In this document: positions 14,927-16,257 of the stretch, piece by piece
How positions within the stretch are numbered: position 1 is the stretch's first letter
How the letters are laid out: each line of letters opens with the position of its first letter
Source of the DNA: a virus
Taxonomy: Duplodnaviria; Heunggongvirae; Uroviricota; Caudoviricetes
DNA length: 16,257 nt
Reading direction: 5' to 3' (one strand)
Virus record (IMG/VR): IMGVR_UViG_3300012347_000338
Span: 64,001 to 80,257 of that record
Notes under the pieces: model-generated
What the model saw: only the letters and a program-made list of their open reading frames with translations
Told to the model about the DNA's origin: nothing
The model's database searches: none
Position numbers and translations under genes: made by a program

Positions 14927-15002
14927 TGGTTGCGGGAGATGGAATTGCACCACCGCACTACGGGGTATGAACCCGTCGCTCTACTTTCTGAGCTATCCCG
15001 CC
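14927..15002 (-). tRNA. tRNA-Met (anticodon CAT), initiator-like
   Basis: 76-nt cloverleaf: GGCGGGA/TCCCGCA acceptor with a 1:72 mismatch, ACGGG-TTCATAC-CCCGT anticodon arm with three consecutive G-C pairs, GGTGG-TGCAATT-CCATC T arm, A73 and encoded CCA. Confidence 0.9.
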
Positions 15003-15006
15003 AAAA

Positions 15007-15162
15007 TTAGATGAACACAGGGTTCAGGTCTTTCTGGATGTCTCCAGAGCCACCACCGATACGCTCAATTACGCGAGGAATCTTCTCGGCGCACACTTCG
15101 CGTTCACGGCTAACTCCGTCGCTGGTCGGGATTGCGTACCCGCTACCTTCGTGATTTTTCAT
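15007..15162 (-). CDS. Hypothetical 51-aa protein, first gene of the leftward transcript
   Basis: Hand translation: MKNHEGSGYAIPTSDGVSREREVCAEKIPRVIERIGGGSGDIQKDLNPVFI*. SD AGGGG upstream. Stop lies 4 nt before tRNA-Met. Confidence 0.6.
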   Translation of the reverse strand: MKNHEGSGYAIPTSDGVSREREVCAEKIPRVIERIGGGSGDIQKDLNPVFI

Positions 15163-15277
15163 GCTGAGCCCCTGTGTATGGGCGTGACTTCTCCCTCAGA
15201 GGGTGAAGTGGCACTGCCATGTTGTTCTTTATTCCAGTGACCTACAGGTACACCAGTCAACCTCATTGGGTGCCGCG

Positions 15278-15307
15278 ATTGTACAACAATATGTTTGTAC
15301 TTGTCAA
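15278..15307 (-). promoter_or_regulatory. Leftward sigma70-type promoter
   Basis: Minus strand TTGACA (15307-15302), 18-nt spacer, TACAAT (15283-15278). Predicted +1 near 15271. AT-rich intergenic context. Confidence 0.8.
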
Positions 15308-15436
15308 CAATTACTGACGATTTGGAACGCTAAGCCCTCGGCGTTATCTCGTTTTCATTGAGCCATCAAGCAATACCTGAGTGAAACGTGTGGTTGTTCT
15401 CTTTACAACAGTTTGTTTCTTGTGCAACAATGTGTT
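15285..15436. promoter_or_regulatory. Three palindromic operator-like sites AACA-N3-TGTT
   Basis: AACAATATGTT 15285-15295, AACAGTTTGTT 15407-15417 and AACAATGTGTT 15426-15436. The match extends 5' (GTAC/TTAC/GTGC). Confidence 0.65.
15402..15431 (+). promoter_or_regulatory. Possible rightward sigma70-type promoter
   Basis: TTTACA (15402-15407), 18 nt, AACAAT (15426-15431) preceded by TG-N. The -10 lacks the conserved first T, so support is weak. Confidence 0.4.
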
Positions 15437-15467
15437 CACACCGAAACAAACAGTACAGGAGTTACAC

Positions 15468-15713
15468 ATGCTTTTGCTTTTAGACACCCGCAATGACAAG
15501 CACTACACCGGCCCAACGACCGTTGACCTGGTCATGGCCACTGGCCGCGTCGCCATCGACACCAAGGCTCGACTGGCTGTGATTGACGGCCAGCCCGACA
15601 GCGTCAGCTTCGCCGACACCTACACCTACGAAGAGCTCGTCCGCGAGATCGCCATCCGCGCTGCGCATGTGCTGGTCCGCGACTACGGCTTTCAGTTGTT
15701 TCACTCACGCTAA
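15468..15713 (+). CDS. Hypothetical early protein (81 aa)
   Basis: ATG 15468 with SD AGGAG is preferred over the ORF-track GTG at 15381, which would run through the operators. GC3-rich codon usage starts here. Confidence 0.75.
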   Translation: MLLLLDTRNDKHYTGPTTVDLVMATGRVAIDTKARLAVIDGQPDSVSFADTYTYEELVREIAIRAAHVLVRDYGFQLFHSR

Positions 15714-15722
15714 GGACCAGCC

Positions 15723-15911
15723 ATGACCAACCTCGTCATCACCGTCATCGTCAAAGACCAGTACGGCAACCAGGTGATCTACCCCGGCTGTGCCAAGGCC
15801 GAGGCATTCGCCAGCATCGCCGGCACCCGCACGCTCACCCAGCAAGCCATCAAGCACATCAAGGAGCTCGGCTACACCATCAACGTCAAACAGAAAGAAG
15901 TCCGCTTATGA
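15723..15911 (+). CDS. Small conserved phage early protein (62 aa)
   Basis: SD TAAGGA. Pattern K.QYG...IYP.C.KAE.FA.IAGT.TLT...IK.LGY.I.V recalled from phage hypothetical proteins. Confidence 0.8.
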   Translation: MTNLVITVIVKDQYGNQVIYPGCAKAEAFASIAGTRTLTQQAIKHIKELGYTINVKQKEVRL

Positions 15912-16093
15912 CACCCGCCAGCTACCGCATCCGTCGCGCCATCAACCGCCAGGGCGTTGCGCTCTGGTTCGCCGAGTACATCACCCACAACCTCGAGGTC
16001 CGCTACTTGGCTCACGCCGCGGTGGCTGACCCTATCTGCAAGCTCGTCGCCCAACTCTCTGGCCGCGACACCCTTCTCACCCGCAACTACTAA
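15908..16093 (+). CDS. Hypothetical early protein (61 aa)
   Basis: ATGA overlap with the upstream gene, codon usage like its neighbours, and stop followed by the next SD. Confidence 0.65.
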   Translation: MTPASYRIRRAINRQGVALWFAEYITHNLEVRYLAHAAVADPICKLVAQLSGRDTLLTRNY

Positions 16094-16102
16094 GGAACCA
16101 CG

Positions 16103-16257
16103 ATGAAATACGCACACATTTTCAAGTCCGGCAAGCGCTGGCAGCTGGTCATCAGCGAAACACCGAGCCTGGTCGAATCTGAGACCGCTGGCTACTTTGA
16201 GAGCAAGGCAGACGCCAAGGCGCGCGCGGCAGCAATTGGAGCCAAGCCATGGAACTA
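16103..16257 (+). CDS. Hypothetical early protein, open at the right edge
   Basis: SD TAAGGA. Hand translation: MKYAHIFKSGKRWQLVISETPSLVESETAGYFESKADAKARAAAIGAKPWN..., with no stop inside the window. Confidence 0.7.
   Translation, partial: MKYAHIFKSGKRWQLVISETPSLVESETAGYFESKADAKARAAAIGAKPWN

Larger units (their letters stand above)
1..16257. mobile_element. Tailed bacteriophage or prophage segment: packaging, head, adaptor and tail-fibre modules plus tRNAs and the start of an early region
   Basis: Colinear TerS-TerL-portal-scaffold-MCP-adaptor-fibre genes, tightly packed with ATGA/TAATG/TGATG overlaps. No host housekeeping genes. No integrase or att site seen. Confidence 0.97.

Noticed and set aside
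14927-15002. tRNA-Ile2 (lysidine-modified CAT) assignment, or tRNA genes as an integration (att) site
   Set aside because: Acceptor and anticodon stems fit Met/initiator identity rather than TilS determinants. No duplicated tRNA 3' fragment or integrase is present, and both flanks look like phage sequence.

Overview
The whole window is part of a tailed dsDNA phage or prophage genome with podovirus-like architecture. No integrase, repressor, lysin or host genes are visible, so lifestyle and host cannot be determined. A ~15 kb minus-strand late region reads, from right to left: a near-consensus sigma70 promoter (15278-15307), a 51-aa ORF, tRNA-Met(CAT) with initiator-like features, tRNA-Asn(GTT), an intrinsic terminator, a lambda NinI/PphA-type metallophosphoesterase, a coiled-coil membrane protein, a 44-aa Cys-tailed peptide, TerS, TerL, three small accessory genes (one ferritin/Dps-like), portal, a small conserved gene, scaffold, a 284-nt structured intergenic region, an N4-gp56-type major capsid protein, a terminator, head-completion/adaptor genes and several tail/fibre genes, the last of which runs off the left edge. 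A divergent plus-strand cluster of small early-type genes starts at 15468 and runs off the right edge. The strongest leads are: (i) a 44-aa ORF missing from the ORF track that resembles a free-standing ribonucleotide-reductase redox tail (ends C-x8-CEACQ); (ii) a DYEAAW-like motif shared by the scaffold C-terminus and the N-termini of two accessory proteins, a possible capsid-targeting tag; (iii) a pseudoknot-containing structured leader before the capsid gene; (iv) a variant initiator-like tRNA; and (v) three AACA-N3-TGTT operator-like sites over the divergent promoters. All family calls come from motif recognition by eye; no database search was run.
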